The notes: a model not told the origin generated them from the sequence alone. A stretch of 63,098 nt of DNA, filler included, from Octopus bimaculoides (GCF_001194135.2; 5 parts of 5 records of this genome joined end to end with filler, not necessarily neighbours in it); one strand, 5' to 3'; counted from the first letter of the whole stretch, positions 39,831-52,214 are shown. Numbers and translations: made by a program.

Positions 39831-40676
39831 CCCCTATCGACCCCGGCGGGATGAAAGGCAAAGTCGACCTCGGCAGAATTTGCACTCAGAACATAAAGAC
39901 GGGTAAAATACCCTAAGCATTTTGCCCGGGGTTCAAAATAATAATAATAATAATAATAATAGCTGTGTTTCCTTATTTGTCGAGAAACAATTACTTTCGT
40001 GGTCACAAAAGCCTGGATTTGTTTACCTACTTTGAAATATTATTAATCCGTATTACTGACATTTTCTCAGCTATACTGTTAGTCGTCATTTTCAATATTT
40101 CATCAAGAATGTGACTACTGATAGGTTCGTATTTTGCTTTGAAACAAGATCGTTTTCATAAGTTAATACAAATAGCTATTTCGAATTTCGTCATAGTAAG
40201 CTCTNNNNNNNNNNNNNNNNNNNNNNNNNNNNNNNNNNNNNNNNNNNNNNNNNNNNNNNNNNNNNNNNNNNNNNNNNNNNNNNNNNNNNNNNNNNNNNNN
40301 NNNNNNNNNNNNNNNNNNNNNNNNNNNNNNNNNNNNNNNNNNNNNNNNNNNNNNNNNNNNNNNNNNNNNNNNNNNNNNNNNNNNNNNNNNNNNNNNNNNN
40401 NNNNNNNNNNNTATATATATAATTTATATAGATAGGGTGATAAGTTGAATATTAATTCAATTTAAAACCAAGTGGCCTAGCATATAAAAAAAAATCTGAA
40501 AATTCAGAAAAAATTGTACTATACGTGTATAAGGGATGACCACTAGGTGGATATCCAATTGTCTTCATGAAATAAGACTTGCATATAGTTCTACCGATTA
40601 CATTGGGGCTATTTTTCAAAATGCCTCAGCTCTGTGTATTCGTATATAGTTCTGCAAATTATATTGATTCTAGAAC

Positions 40677-40748
40677 GTCTATGCTGATGAGAACACGGAT
40701 GTTGTTACGTAAGTAAAACGTTAATGTTCGAAACTGCAGTCCATAGAT
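40677..40748 (+). ncRNA. Canonical type I hammerhead ribozyme (GUC site)
   Basis: Stem I GTCTATG/CATAGAT; core CTGATGA 40684-40690; stem II GAACA/TGTTC with G-C closing pair; GAAAC 40730-40734; palindromic ACTGCAGT; predicted cleavage after C40741. Confidence 0.9.
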
Positions 40749-40914
40749 AATTCTTTATTCTGTATATTTCTCATTTTGTCCTGTTCTGATGTTTGTTGCG
40801 GAATTTTTCTGGAGAACATTATTTTTCTTTGTGGTTGGGTCGTTGATGATCTCTTTCTAGCATATTGGATGTCCACCTAGTGGTCATCCCTAATACATCC
40901 CAAATCGACTCCAG

Positions 40915-41165
40915 GACTTATTCTTTGCATTCGACCTATTCTATCAGTCTCTTTTACCGACCCGCTAAGTTACGGGGACGTAAACACACCAACATCGGTT
41001 GTCAAGCACACACATATACAACAAGCTTCTCTCAGTTTCAATCTACCAAATCCACTCACAAAGCTTTGGTCGACCCGAGGCTATTGTAGAAGACACAAGA
41101 CACTTGCCTAAGGTTTCACGCAGTGAGACTGAACCCGGAACCATGTGGTTGGGAAGCAAGCTTCT
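40915..41165 (-). mobile_element. SINE family 2 copy
   Basis: CTATTCTATCAGTCTC...CGCTAAGTTACGGGGACGTAAAC...CTACCAAATCCACTCACAAAGC...GAACCATGTGGTTGGGAAGCAAGCT. Confidence 0.85.
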
Positions 41166-41585
41166 TTATTTCATTTTATTGGCCATGACGGCCTTACATA
41201 GAAGAAAAGGGAAAAAAAGGAAAGAAGCTGCGGGCTGGACAAAGACATAATGGTATGTGTAATGAAAGTGATAATAATGAATAAATAGGGGAAACAGCAA
41301 CGCCCGCCGATTGCTTGATCCCCGAAAACATTGTTCTCTTATATGAGGCAACAAGCCTCTTACAAATGTTCATATTGTTCATGATATCTATCACTGAGGC
41401 TTTTTCGCCTTTCATGCATAACCCTCCTCATCACTNNNNNNNNNNNNNNNNNNNNNNNNNNNNNNNNNNNNNNNNNNNNTTAATTAATTAANNNNNNNNN
41501 NNNNNNNNNNNNNNNNNNNNNNNNNNNNNNNNNNNGTTGTTATTGGATTAGTGAAACAATTATGAGAACGGAACCAAGGGATAAG

Positions 41586-41626
41586 TCCCGCTTTCCCGGG
41601 AAGTACCGGGTACGTCAGCTAGTATA
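41586..41626 (-). mobile_element. Helitron-like terminal motif (second example at 56601-56628, plus strand)
   Basis: ACTAGCTGACGTACCCGGTACTTCCCGGG and CTAGCAGATATATTCGGCGTTGCCCGGG beside (TA)n resemble non-autonomous Helitron ends. Confidence 0.45.
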
Positions 41627-41839
41627 TACATATGCATACAAATACGCACAAACATTCGCACATATATACACATACATATACATATAGATATATGCATATA
41701 TACATATACATACAAATACACATACATATGCACATACATATATACATACACATACACGCATGTATATACACATGTATACATACACACACACACATATATA
41801 TATATATGCCTACGTAGATGATAATGATGATGGCTGTCC

Positions 41840-42245
41840 AGTCATGACCGAGGAAGACCATTGCTGACCTTTAGGAACATTGTGCGCTCTAGGACTAACT
41901 TATATTTTGCCTTTGCAGCTCCATTGGTGGCTAATGAACCCTGCTCTTCACAAGCATACACGACTGCAAACTTTGGAAGTGTGCTTTCAAGAAGCACGCT
42001 TAAATTTTTCATGCAGAATATGTGCTCTCTCAAAGGTGTCGACCCCACTCCTTAACTTGCTTATTAGAAACAGATACTATATTGGGAACTTGTTAGTGGA
42101 AGAGAACATGATAGAAACCAGGGCTGCGATTTAAGGACTGTGTCAATTATTCATTAAAGGCTTGTGATATGCAGGAGACCGACTGGGAGAGCAATGCCTG
42201 TCATCGCCACAGATGATGGAAGCAGGTTAAGGAGCGTTTCGACCA
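41840..42245 (+). mobile_element. RTE LINE C-terminal fragment
   Basis: RLQTLEVCFQEARL; KQILYWELVSGR; LRFKDCVNYSLKACDMQETDWE (cf. QILYGEL...RFKD..K.SLKAC...WE). Confidence 0.7.
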
Positions 42246-43554
42246 ACGTACATGTGAACACATATACATACGCACACTCATACATATGCATGCATACGCA
42301 TACACACATATTGACGTATATACTTATTTACACATATATATATACAACCATATACACACATGCATACTTGCATGCATGCATACATACAACCGTATATACA
42401 CATACATTCATACATGCATGCATGCATACAAGCGTTTATACAAATACATAAATACATGCACACATGCATACATGACACCGTATACNNNNNNNNNNNNNNN
42501 NNNNNNNNNNNNNNNNNNNNNNNNNNNNNNNNNNNNNNNNNNNNNNNNNNNNNNNNNNNNNNNNNNNNNNNNNNNNNNNNNNNNNNNNNNNNNNNNNNNN
42601 NNNNNNNNNNNNNNNNNNNNNNNNNNNNNNNNNNNNNNNNNNNNNNNNNNNNNNNNNNNNNNNNNNNNNNNNNNNNNNNNNNNNNNNNNNNNNNNNNNNN
42701 NNNNNNNNNNNNNNNNNNNNNNNNNNNNNNNNNNNNNNNNNNNNNNNNNNNNNNNNNNNNNNNNNNNNNNNNNNNNNNNNNNNNNNNNNNNNNNNNNNNN
42801 NNNNNNNNNNNNNNNNNNNNNNNNNNNNNNNNNNNNNNNNNNNNNNNNNNNNNNNNNNNNNNNNNNNNNNNNNNNNNNNNNNNNNNNNNNNNNNNNNNNN
42901 NNNNNNNNNNNNNNNNNNNNNNNNNNNNNNNNNNNNNNNNNNNNNNNNNNNNNNNNNNNNNNNNNNNNNNNNNNNNNNNNNNNNNNNNNNNNNNNNNNNN
43001 NNNNNNNNNNNNNNNNNNNNNNNNNNNNNNNNNNNNNNNNNNNNNNNNNNNNNNNNNNNNNNNNNNNNNNNNNNNNNNNNNNNNNNNNNNNNNNNNNNNN
43101 NNNNNNNNNNNNNNNNNNNNNNNNNNNNNNNNNNNNNNNNNNNNNNNNNNNNNNNNNNNNNNNNNNNNNNNNTATAGATACATATATACATACGAGTAGA
43201 CATATACATACAAACATACATAGATACGTTTACACACATACAAACATATATACATAAGTATAAACACATATATACATAAGTATAGACACATACATACGTA
43301 CACACACATAAATATATATATACATAAGTATAGACACATACATACATACATACGTACATATGTACATATGGATAAACACATACATACATATATAAATACG
43401 TCTAGACACATACATACGTATACACATGCGTATGGAAGCTTACGTACATACATACATACATACATACATACATACATACATACATACATACATACATACA
43501 CACACACGTACATACATACAGTACAGAGAATAGGAGGCTCCCAGATCTGGTGAT

Positions 43555-43760
43555 TAATTTCCCGCGTAAGGAAAAATAAACTGTTGTACCAACGCGATTG
43601 GACTGCTGGAAGCCGACCAATACGAAAATCAGGTTCGTTGAATCACGAGGTCATGTGACCGCTGGAACGAAAAGGCCTCGTGGAACCAATATTGGGGTAT
43701 TTAAGCCTAGATTAGTCAAAATGAAAACATCTCACACAATGACAGAGTAAATCACTTCCG
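43555..43760. promoter_or_regulatory. Candidate Pol II promoter motif cluster
   Basis: TTTCCCGC 43558, ATTGG 43597, CCAAT 43617, GTCATGTGAC 43650, CCAATATTGG 43686, TATTTAA 43698, CACTTCCG 43753; locally CpG-rich. Confidence 0.4.
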
Positions 43761-43801
<41 letters not shown>

Positions 43802-44701
43802 NNNNNNNNNNNNNNNNNNNNNNNNNNNNNNNNNNNNNNNNNNNNNNNNNNNNNNNNNNNNNNNNNNNNNNNNNNNNNNNNNNNNNNNNNNNNNNNNNNN
43901 NNNNNNNNNNNNNNNNNNNNNNNNNNNNNNNNNNNNNNNNNNNNNNNNNNNNNNNNNNNNNNNNNNNNNNNNNNNNNNNNNNNNNNNNNNNNNNNNNNNN
44001 NNNNNNNNNNNNNNNNNNNNNNNNNNNNNNNNNNNNNNNNNNNNNNNNNNNNNNNNNNNNNNNNNNNNNNNNNNNNNNNNNNNNNNNNNNNNNNNNNNNN
44101 NNNNNNNNNNNNNNNNNNNNNNNNNNNNNNNNNNNNNNNNNNNNNNNNNNNNNNNNNNNNNNNNNNNNNNNNNNNNNNNNNNNNNNNNNNNNNNNNNNNN
44201 NNNNNNNNNNNNNNNNNNNNNNNNNNNNNNNNNNNNNNNNNNNNNNNNNNNNNNNNNNNNNNNNNNNNNNNNNNNNNNNNNNNNNNNNNNNNNNNNNNNN
44301 NNNNNNNNNNNNNNNNNNNNNNNNNNNNNNNNNNNNNNNNNNNNNNNNNNNNNNNNNNNNNNNNNNNNNNNNNNNNNNNNNNNNNNNNNNNNNNNNNNNN
44401 NNNNNNNNNNNNNNNNNNNNNNNNNNNNNNNNNNNNNNNNNNNNNNNNNNNNNNNNNNNNNNNNNNNNNNNNNNNNNNNNNNNNNNNNNNNNNNNNNNNN
44501 NNNNNNNNNNNNNNNNNNNNNNNNNNNNNNNNNNNNNNNNNNNNNNNNNNNNNNNNNNNNNNNNNNNNNNNNNNNNNNNNNNNNNNNNNNNNNNNNNNNN
44601 NNNNNNNNNNNNNNNNNNNNNNNNNNNNNNNNNNNNNNNNNNNNNNNNNNNNNNNNNNNNNNNNNNNNNNNNNNNNNNNNNNNNNNNNNNNNNNNNNNNN
44701 N

Positions 44702-46270
44702 NTCTCTGATGAAAGCGCTCAAGGACCCTAACATGACGTTTGTAAAGGGTCCATCTCTCAAATGAGTAAAGGAACGATGTCACTACACGTGCACGGAACA
44801 CAGCAACTTTTGTTTGCTTTGCGTTGCCATGCTGGGACCAAACACAAGACCAAAGAGAACGGAAGGAATCAGTTGCTCTCTGCAGCCTGAAAGATATTTC
44901 ATCATCCAGGGAGCAAGAACGGCTGAGTGTGCTGGCCAGGTAGACAAACTTGTCTACCATTTTCAGTATTGTTCTTTCAACCAAGATAGCTGGTTCCACA
45001 TATGGATTTCCTGGTGCAGGCTGGGACATTACAACAGTCTTGTCCAGGCTAATGCTGGGCCAAAATCCCTTGCAAGAAGCAGAAATACGATTCATAAGTA
45101 TTTGTATGTCATCCACTGTGTGAGTGACTATGTCTCAGTCATCTGCGTAAAGGTCACGAATAAGAGACTGGAAAACTTTTGAATTGGCAGCAAATCGGTG
45201 AAGATTATAGAGGCGTCCAGAAGATCGATACCTGACATATATTCCCACATAGCTAACCTTAGCAAAAGCATGAGTAAAAGCAGTAGCAAAGTACAAAGAA
45301 AAGAGAACTGAGGCAAGGATGTCACCCTGCTTGACACCATTCTCTACAGGAATGGGTCCCACCATACCACCGCCAACATAGACCCAAGCCTCCATCCTAT
45401 CATGAAATGATTTAATTATGGATACAAAGTGAGCCAATGATAGGTCTTAATTATAGATACAAAGGAGCCAATGACAGGTCTTTGTTGCATATCATCAATC
45501 ACTGTTTCATTCACAACTGATTCATGGTTTAGAAGTTCAGAGAAATGTTCAATCCAGTGACCTGGGATCTCTGTTGATTTAGTAAATAGAGTAGAAGACT
45601 CCTTGGAAAACAAAGGAGCTGATGCGGAGCTCTTAGGTCCCTAAACTTGCTTCATAAAATGGTAAAGCTTCTTGCTGTCATTTTCATCAGCAGCTTCTCG
45701 CTGTCATTTTCATCAGCATCACGAGAAAGATCCTCTCACCAAGTGTTCTGCATCTTTCGCTGCACAGCTGAAATTCCTCTGTGCAGCAATACGCTGTGGG
45801 CACGGTGCTTTACAGCCAATAGCCGCTGAATTTCAGCATCATTTTCATCAAACCAGTCTCTGTGTCTGACAGTAGCTTATCCCAGTATTTCAGTAACGCA
45901 TTGAAGAACCTAGTTTCGAAAAATTTTCCGTGCTGTAGTATTTTCAATGCTGGACAAGCGAGTTTGAAACTTATCTCAACACAGTATCATATATCTTGTG
46001 GACATTCAAACGCTGAAAAATGCCGACTGACCTTCTTCTCCGGAACTTTGCTCGCACCAGACTGTGCTCTGTCCATCATTCCGATACATGAAAGGACTTG
46101 ACATTACAGATGTCATAGATGTCACGTTTGCGGATGATGACATAATCCAGCAAGTGCCAAACTTTAGACTTTGAATGCATCCTCGTTGTTGTGTGATCAC
46201 CTTCGTTCATAAAATGAGGGCTTGCGATATAAAGTTCAATAGTCTTACATTTTAGTGACTTACATATTTC
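44702..46270 (-). mobile_element. RTE/BovB-type LINE ORF2 fragment (EN end, RT, post-RT), frameshifted with deletions
   Basis: WHLLDYVIIRKRD; GVKQGDILASVLFSLYF; DLYADD; KTVVMSQPAPG...FVYLASTLS...YSFERWTLYKRH..LERFHQR. Confidence 0.9.
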
Positions 46271-46349
46271 CAAGTGTCAGTAGAAGGATAAAAGAGAAGA
46301 GAGTTCGTTAAAGCAGTAGTCATTATATTTAGTGACTTGCATATTTCCA

Positions 46350-46680
46350 CGTGTCCGTAGAATTATTTTTACATAGAATTAACGGAAAATTTTATTAAAA
46401 AACGGAATGCAAACAATGAGTTCACCTTTGGGAATAGAGATAGGTTTAACAGTACTAGTCTGAATAAACTAATTTGGAAATTGGAGGATAGTAAGAAATT
46501 ATGCAACATAAATTGGAAAGTACTCATGCTAGATCGTACAAAATTAACGATGCTAGATGCAACCTATGTATAGATGAGTTACAGCAGATATTAACATCTA
46601 CGAAGAAATTGCTTAATGAAAGACGCGAGAGTGTTCTATCGTGTACACACAATTCTAAATATGTGCTTGGAAAATGTTAT
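46350..46680 (+). mobile_element. Penelope-like GIY-YIG C-terminal fragment
   Basis: STSLNKLIWKLED...RSYKINDARCNLCIDELQQI...LLNERRESVLSCTHNSKYVL (cf. STELSxxIWxLK...CxLCxxE...LLNxRxE...CxH). Confidence 0.7.
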
Positions 46681-46841
46681 CAAGTATGCATATTTGTACT
46701 CGTAAGTATCCATTTATATGTGTGCATCTCTATGTATGTATGAATGATCATATATTTGAGTATATATATGTATAAGTATTTATATACAAGAGATATGCTG
46801 TTTGTATCTATATCTAATGCTATGTATATGGAGTTATGTAT

Positions 46842-46880
<39 letters not shown>

Positions 46881-46884
<4 letters not shown>

Positions 46885-47248
46885 TGGCTGTGTTGTAAGT
46901 AACTTGCTTATCAACCACATGGTTCCAGGTTCAGTCCCACTACGTGGCACCTTGGACAAGTGTGAACGTATATATATAGCCTCGGGCCGACCAAAGCCTT
47001 GTGAGTGGATTTGGTAGACGGAGGCTGAAAGAAGCCCGTGTGTGTGTTTGTATATCTGTTTTTGTCCCACCAACATCGGTTGACAACCGATGCTGGTGTG
47101 TTTACGTCCCCGTAATACAGCGGTTCGACAAAGAGACCGATAGAATAAGTACTAAGTTTACAAAGAATAAGTCCTGGTGTCGATTTGCTCGACTAAAGGC
47201 GGTGCTCCAACATAGCCGCAGTCAAATGACTGAAACAAGTAAAAGAAT
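46881..47248 (+). mobile_element. SINE family 2, near full length
   Basis: CAACCACATGGTTCCAGGTTCAGTCCCACTACGTGGCACCTTGGACAAGTGT...GCCGCAGTCAAATGACTGAAACAAGTAAAAGA. Confidence 0.85.
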
Positions 47249-47301
47249 ATATATATGTGTGTGTGTGTGAATGTGTCTATGTGTATGTGTATGTAGATAT
47301 G

Positions 47302-47408
<107 letters not shown>

Positions 47409-49058
47409 GTATGTGGATCTATATGTAAACCTCTATATGCATTACTGTGTACACACTGGGTATATATATATGCACGTATATGTGTGTGAATGTATATATA
47501 TGTATATTTGTGTGTATGCATGTTGAACTACAGCAACTTATTGATAAGTATCGCCTTCACTCTGTTAAATGACTTTATATCATTGTTTGAAAAAAATATG
47601 TATTTATGTATTTTTATATTATTCAATTGATTTTTAATGATAATTTTAGTCGATACCTTTTTTAACACTAAATTAATTAGAAGTAAGAGTATCATTTTAG
47701 CCTAAACTAAGACTTCGATTTGATTAGGGTTGAAATTTTTTCTATTAATACTGTTTAATATTTCTTTCTATTTTATGCAATAAATAACTAGTCTTTTTAT
47801 TTAAGTTCTTTTAACGATATTGTATAAACAATATCGTTAATTGTTTTATTCTGACTTAAGTTATATAAAGTTTAATCTTTCATTCATTATAATATTTTTA
47901 TTCATATTTTTATTTCTATTCCTTTTCTTTACGCAATATTTTCACTAGACTTCTTTTAAATATATGTGCTAATTCTATCTTTATTATTTTAACCTTAAAC
48001 TTCGTTCAAATTGTATTTTAAACGAAAAATTCGTTAAGTTGGTTTTTGCATATAATATTCCTGTTAGCTTATATTATAACGGACATAAGGTTGATTATGG
48101 AATGTTTATTATTTTGATATTTCTAATAATATTTTTTATCTTAATATAATAAGTATTTTATATACATTCATTTGTTATTTATTGTTGGTTGATATATACA
48201 TTCTTTTATTATTATTGTTGTTGTATTTTGACCTGAAGGTTAGCTATATTTTTTAATAGAATTTATTTTCGATAGTTTTAATCGATTTAAATTTGCTTTC
48301 TGTTTGAAAATTGGTTATGAAACACGTGTAGTCGTTTTATTATCTTTATCTTATGATATTTACTTTGTATTATATTATACTTATTTATTGTGCTTTTACT
48401 TATTAATTTTTCTATATGTGACAGTGGATTTTCATCGATGAGTTCATGAACCTTGGTTCTTTTCCCTAAAACTATATATGTATATGTTGTTGTACTTGGG
48501 GATGGTCATATTGCCAGTTTANNNNNNNNNNNNNNNNNNNNNNNNNNNNNNNNNNNNNNNNNNNNNNNNNNNNNNNNNNNNNNNNNNNNNNNNNNNNNNN
48601 NNNNNNNNNNNNNNNNNNNNNNNNNNNNNNNNNNNNNNNNNNNNNNNNNNNNNNNNNNNNNNNNNNNNNNNNNNNNNNNNNNNNNNNNNNNNNNNNNNNN
48701 NNNNNNNNNNNNNNNNNNNNNNNNNNNNNNNNNNNNNNNNNNNNNNNNNNNNNNNNNNNNNNNNNNNNNNNNNNNNNNNNNNNNNNNNNNNNNNNNNNNN
48801 NNNNNNNNNNNNNNNNNNNNNNNNNNNNNNNNNNNNNNNNNNNNNNNNNNNNNNNNNNNNNNNNNNNNNNNNNNNNNNNNNNNNNNNNNNNNNNNNNNNN
48901 NNNNNNNNNNNNNNNNNNNNNNNNNNNNNNNNNNNNNNNNNNNNNNNNNNNNNNNNNNNNNNNNNNNNNNNNNNNNNNNNNNNNNNNNNNNNNNNNNNNN
49001 NNNNNNNNNNNNNNNNNNNNNNNNNNNNNNNNNNNNNNNNNNNNNNNNNNNNNNNNNT

Positions 49059-49430
49059 TTTAATTTCTATGTTGTTGATTGAGCCTCTATGTTCTTGCTC
49101 AGCGTGCTGGTCCAGAACTGATGAGTTCTTCCCTTCCTTAAGTTCCCTCCAATGTTCGTTTGCCCGCTCCCCTATGCTCCTTGCTGTTTCGCCTACTTAT
49201 GTCATTGTCTTATTTCTGCATCGTCCCTCTGTACATCTTATACTATAGACCACATTTCTGGTTTTGCAGTTCGTTTGTGGGCTAAATCTACATACGATAC
49301 AGTTCCTATCAGTGCAGGGGGTTCTACTGAAAGGGTATGTTCTACTGATAAGGGATTTAATAGGGTTGCCTGGCCTTTCAACAACCTTAATTCTTAGCTT
49401 AATTTTGTCTAGGGCCCTTGTATGTAGGTC
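49059..49430 (-). mobile_element. Penelope-like GIY-YIG endonuclease fragment
   Basis: CTDRNCIVC...NCKTRNVVYSIRCTEGRC...*VGETARSMGERANEH (Cys knuckle plus VY...YVGET motif). Confidence 0.8.
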
Positions 49431-50103
49431 TGTATATCTATGTGTGAATTTTGGTTGTTTACATCTATATATTTTTCTTGTATCTTTATATCTGTGTAAT
49501 ATGTATGTAGATGCAGAAATATGCGTTAAAGTATATGTACGAGTGTATGTGTATATATGTGTATTTGTATATATATGTGTGTGTGTATGTGTATGTATGT
49601 GTATGTATATATATGTGTAAAAATTAACACTTCCTTCTCCAAGCCTAGATTCGAAACCGAATCTAAGAATTCTCGGTCGTCCAAACACCTCGATCAACAG
49701 GCGCGAAAAGCAGGTTTTCTTTGTCCTGTCAAAAAGTGATTGATCATCTCCCTTTAACCTTCGACTTCATAGATGTCAGGCGAAGTTCAACTGGACAGCA
49801 ACTGGCCTACTTAGGTACTAAGCCTGCTGCAGCATGTCTGTCCTTCTAGCTGCCACGATTCTTATAAATAGAGTGGTCAACAAGACACCACAGACACAGA
49901 CAGACAGGGAGACTGTAATGCGCGCAGACCGAAATCAGTGCTCTGCTACTATGAGACAGAGATCTTTTGCTGTGCCGTTCAAGATGAAAGAACGAACACA
50001 CGCACACACACACCAACATATGTAGTCTTCGGGTACATCTACTCCAGATGTATCCTGGTTCCATCATTTTACTAGCAACTCGAAGCAAGTTACCAACATT
50101 GAA

Positions 50104-50250
50104 TGTAGTGGCAAATATTATTTATTAACACCAGCAAATAAAAAAATGTTATAGTTGAACCAGTTATCATTTTGTCATTTCACAGGCAAACACATGCCTA
50201 TCGCACCGACACTAAACAAAAACATACCACATTTTGGTGACTCCACTACA
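50104..50250 (+). mobile_element. Putative 5' LTR (147 bp) of the Gypsy element
   Basis: Perfect inverted termini TGTAGTGG...CCACTACA, followed 3 nt later by TGATGACCCCGTC (50254-50266), 11/13 match to the tRNA-Trp PBS TGGTGACCCCGAC. Confidence 0.65.
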
Positions 50251-50283
50251 TCTTGATGACCCCGTCACAGAATTCCGGCCTTC

Positions 50284-51785
50284 CATGGAACCAGCTTCAA
50301 CCGAAGAATAACAGCCTGCACATCATCTGTCAACGAAACAACTGAGAATTCCTGCGAACACAATGGCTCTCCCAGATCCGAATCCAGCGGTGAACATATC
50401 TCCTACCGACATGGCATTCCAGGCAGCGATTCCTTCCACCAACCCTTTCCTTTCGTCGTCCAGTGATTCCGAAATTTCCGACTTGCGTGCATTGGTCAAT
50501 CAGCGGGCTTCACAGATACAGGCCCTGACAGACCAGATACAAGCCCTATCGCGTGGTATCCAGCGCCGAAGCAGCAGCCGATCGCATCGATATGGTAGAC
50601 GATCCCGAAGCCCCAGGGCTACCCGCAAATCACATGACACGTGCTGGTACCACCGAAAGTTCTGAACACAGGCGCGGAAATACACCACTCCATGCTCATT
50701 CGCATCACCCAGTTCGGGAAACGGTACAGCCAGGAACTGAATGCGACGGAAGTTCCTGGTTTGCACCCACAAAGTCGCTTGTTTTTCGTTTGCGATTGTG
50801 TAACAGGCACACGTTTCCTGGTTGACACCGGCGCGGAAGTCAGCGTCGTCCCTGTTTCCAGCATTTCAGGAAAACGAAAGGAGACACCAGTCTGTCTTCA
50901 GGCAGTTAATCACTCGCCGATCCAAACCTACGGTGAACAGTCCCTAACGCTGAACTTGGGACTACGCCGCACCTTCCAGTGGTTATTTGTCATCGCCAGA
51001 CTGCCGACCCCTATCTTNNNNNNNNNNNNNNNNNNNNNNNNNNNNNNNNNNNNNNNNNNNNNNNNNNNNNNNNNNNNAGTACCATCCTGAAACAGTACCC
51101 CGACGTCGTTCGACCAGTATTCCACAACCAGCCGATCAAGCACGACATCACCCACCACATCAAGACCAGCGGTCCACCTGTTGCTGCACGACCCAGAAGG
51201 TTACCACCTGATCGCCTCAAAGCCGTCAAACGGGACTTCCAGCACATGCTCGACCTTGGAATCATCCGCCCGTCCAGCAGCATCTGGTCCTCGCCGATAC
51301 ACTGCGTCCCAAAACAATCATCGACCGATTGGCGGGTTTGCGGTGATTATCGGTCGCTAAACAAAAATACGGTCAGTGATGCTTATCCAGTCCCTTATCT
51401 GTAGGATTTTTCTAGCTCGCTGCATGGAGCTCGCATTTTTTCCACGATAGACATTGTGCGAGCGTACAACCAAATACCAGTAGAACCTGCGGACATCCCC
51501 AAAACAGCAGTCACGGCACCTTTCGGAATAATGCGTATGCCTTTCGGTTTACGTAACGCAACACAAACATTCCAAAGGTTCATCGACATGGTTACCAGAG
51601 GTTTGCCTTTCGTCTATGCCTACATAGACGACATACTGGTGGCCAGTAACTAGGAAGAAGAGCATGACCAACACCTGCACCTGCTATTCGAACGCCTGCG
51701 AAAATTTGGCGTTGACATTAATCCCAGCAAGTGTGCTTTCGGAGTTGCTTCCCTTCATTTTCTCGGGCACATCATCGATAAGGAC
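50284..51785 (+). mobile_element. Ty3/Gypsy (CsRn1/Kabuki-like) gag remnant, protease and RT; stops present; truncated at artificial join
   Basis: RSRSP...CWYHRKF gag end; FLVDTGAEVSV protease; [42 protein letters not shown]. Confidence 0.95.
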
Positions 51786-52214
51786 NNNNNNNNNNNNNNN
51801 NNNNNNNNNNNNNNNNNNNNNNNNNNNNNTTAATTAATTAANNNNNNNNNNNNNNNNNNNNNNNNNNNNNNNNNNNNNNNNNNNNAGTAAAAATAAATAC
51901 AAAAAAAGGGGTTTTGTATGATTGTGTATAGAGGAATATATTATTTTGTTTAAAAGAGTTCCAACACTGTCTGTTTTTTATGTTTTATTTATATTCCTGC
52001 AAAACCAATGTGGGATATAGAATATGGAATATACAATATATAATATAATATACAATATATAATATAAAATAAAAATGGATGGTACTATGAAATAAAGTAT
52101 TGAATGTCTTATTGAATAGATGAAATATTGAGTGTTCAATATAAAGGATTAAATATACAAAGGCGAATACGTATTTTCTATACCTTGTGGTATTTCATCA
52201 TGGCCGGTATGACA

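Noticed and set aside
41890-42035. Strong branch point and acceptor ACTAAC...TTTGCAG suggesting a coding exon
   Set aside because: The sequence translates as an RTE C-terminus and no good donor follows; probably coincidental.
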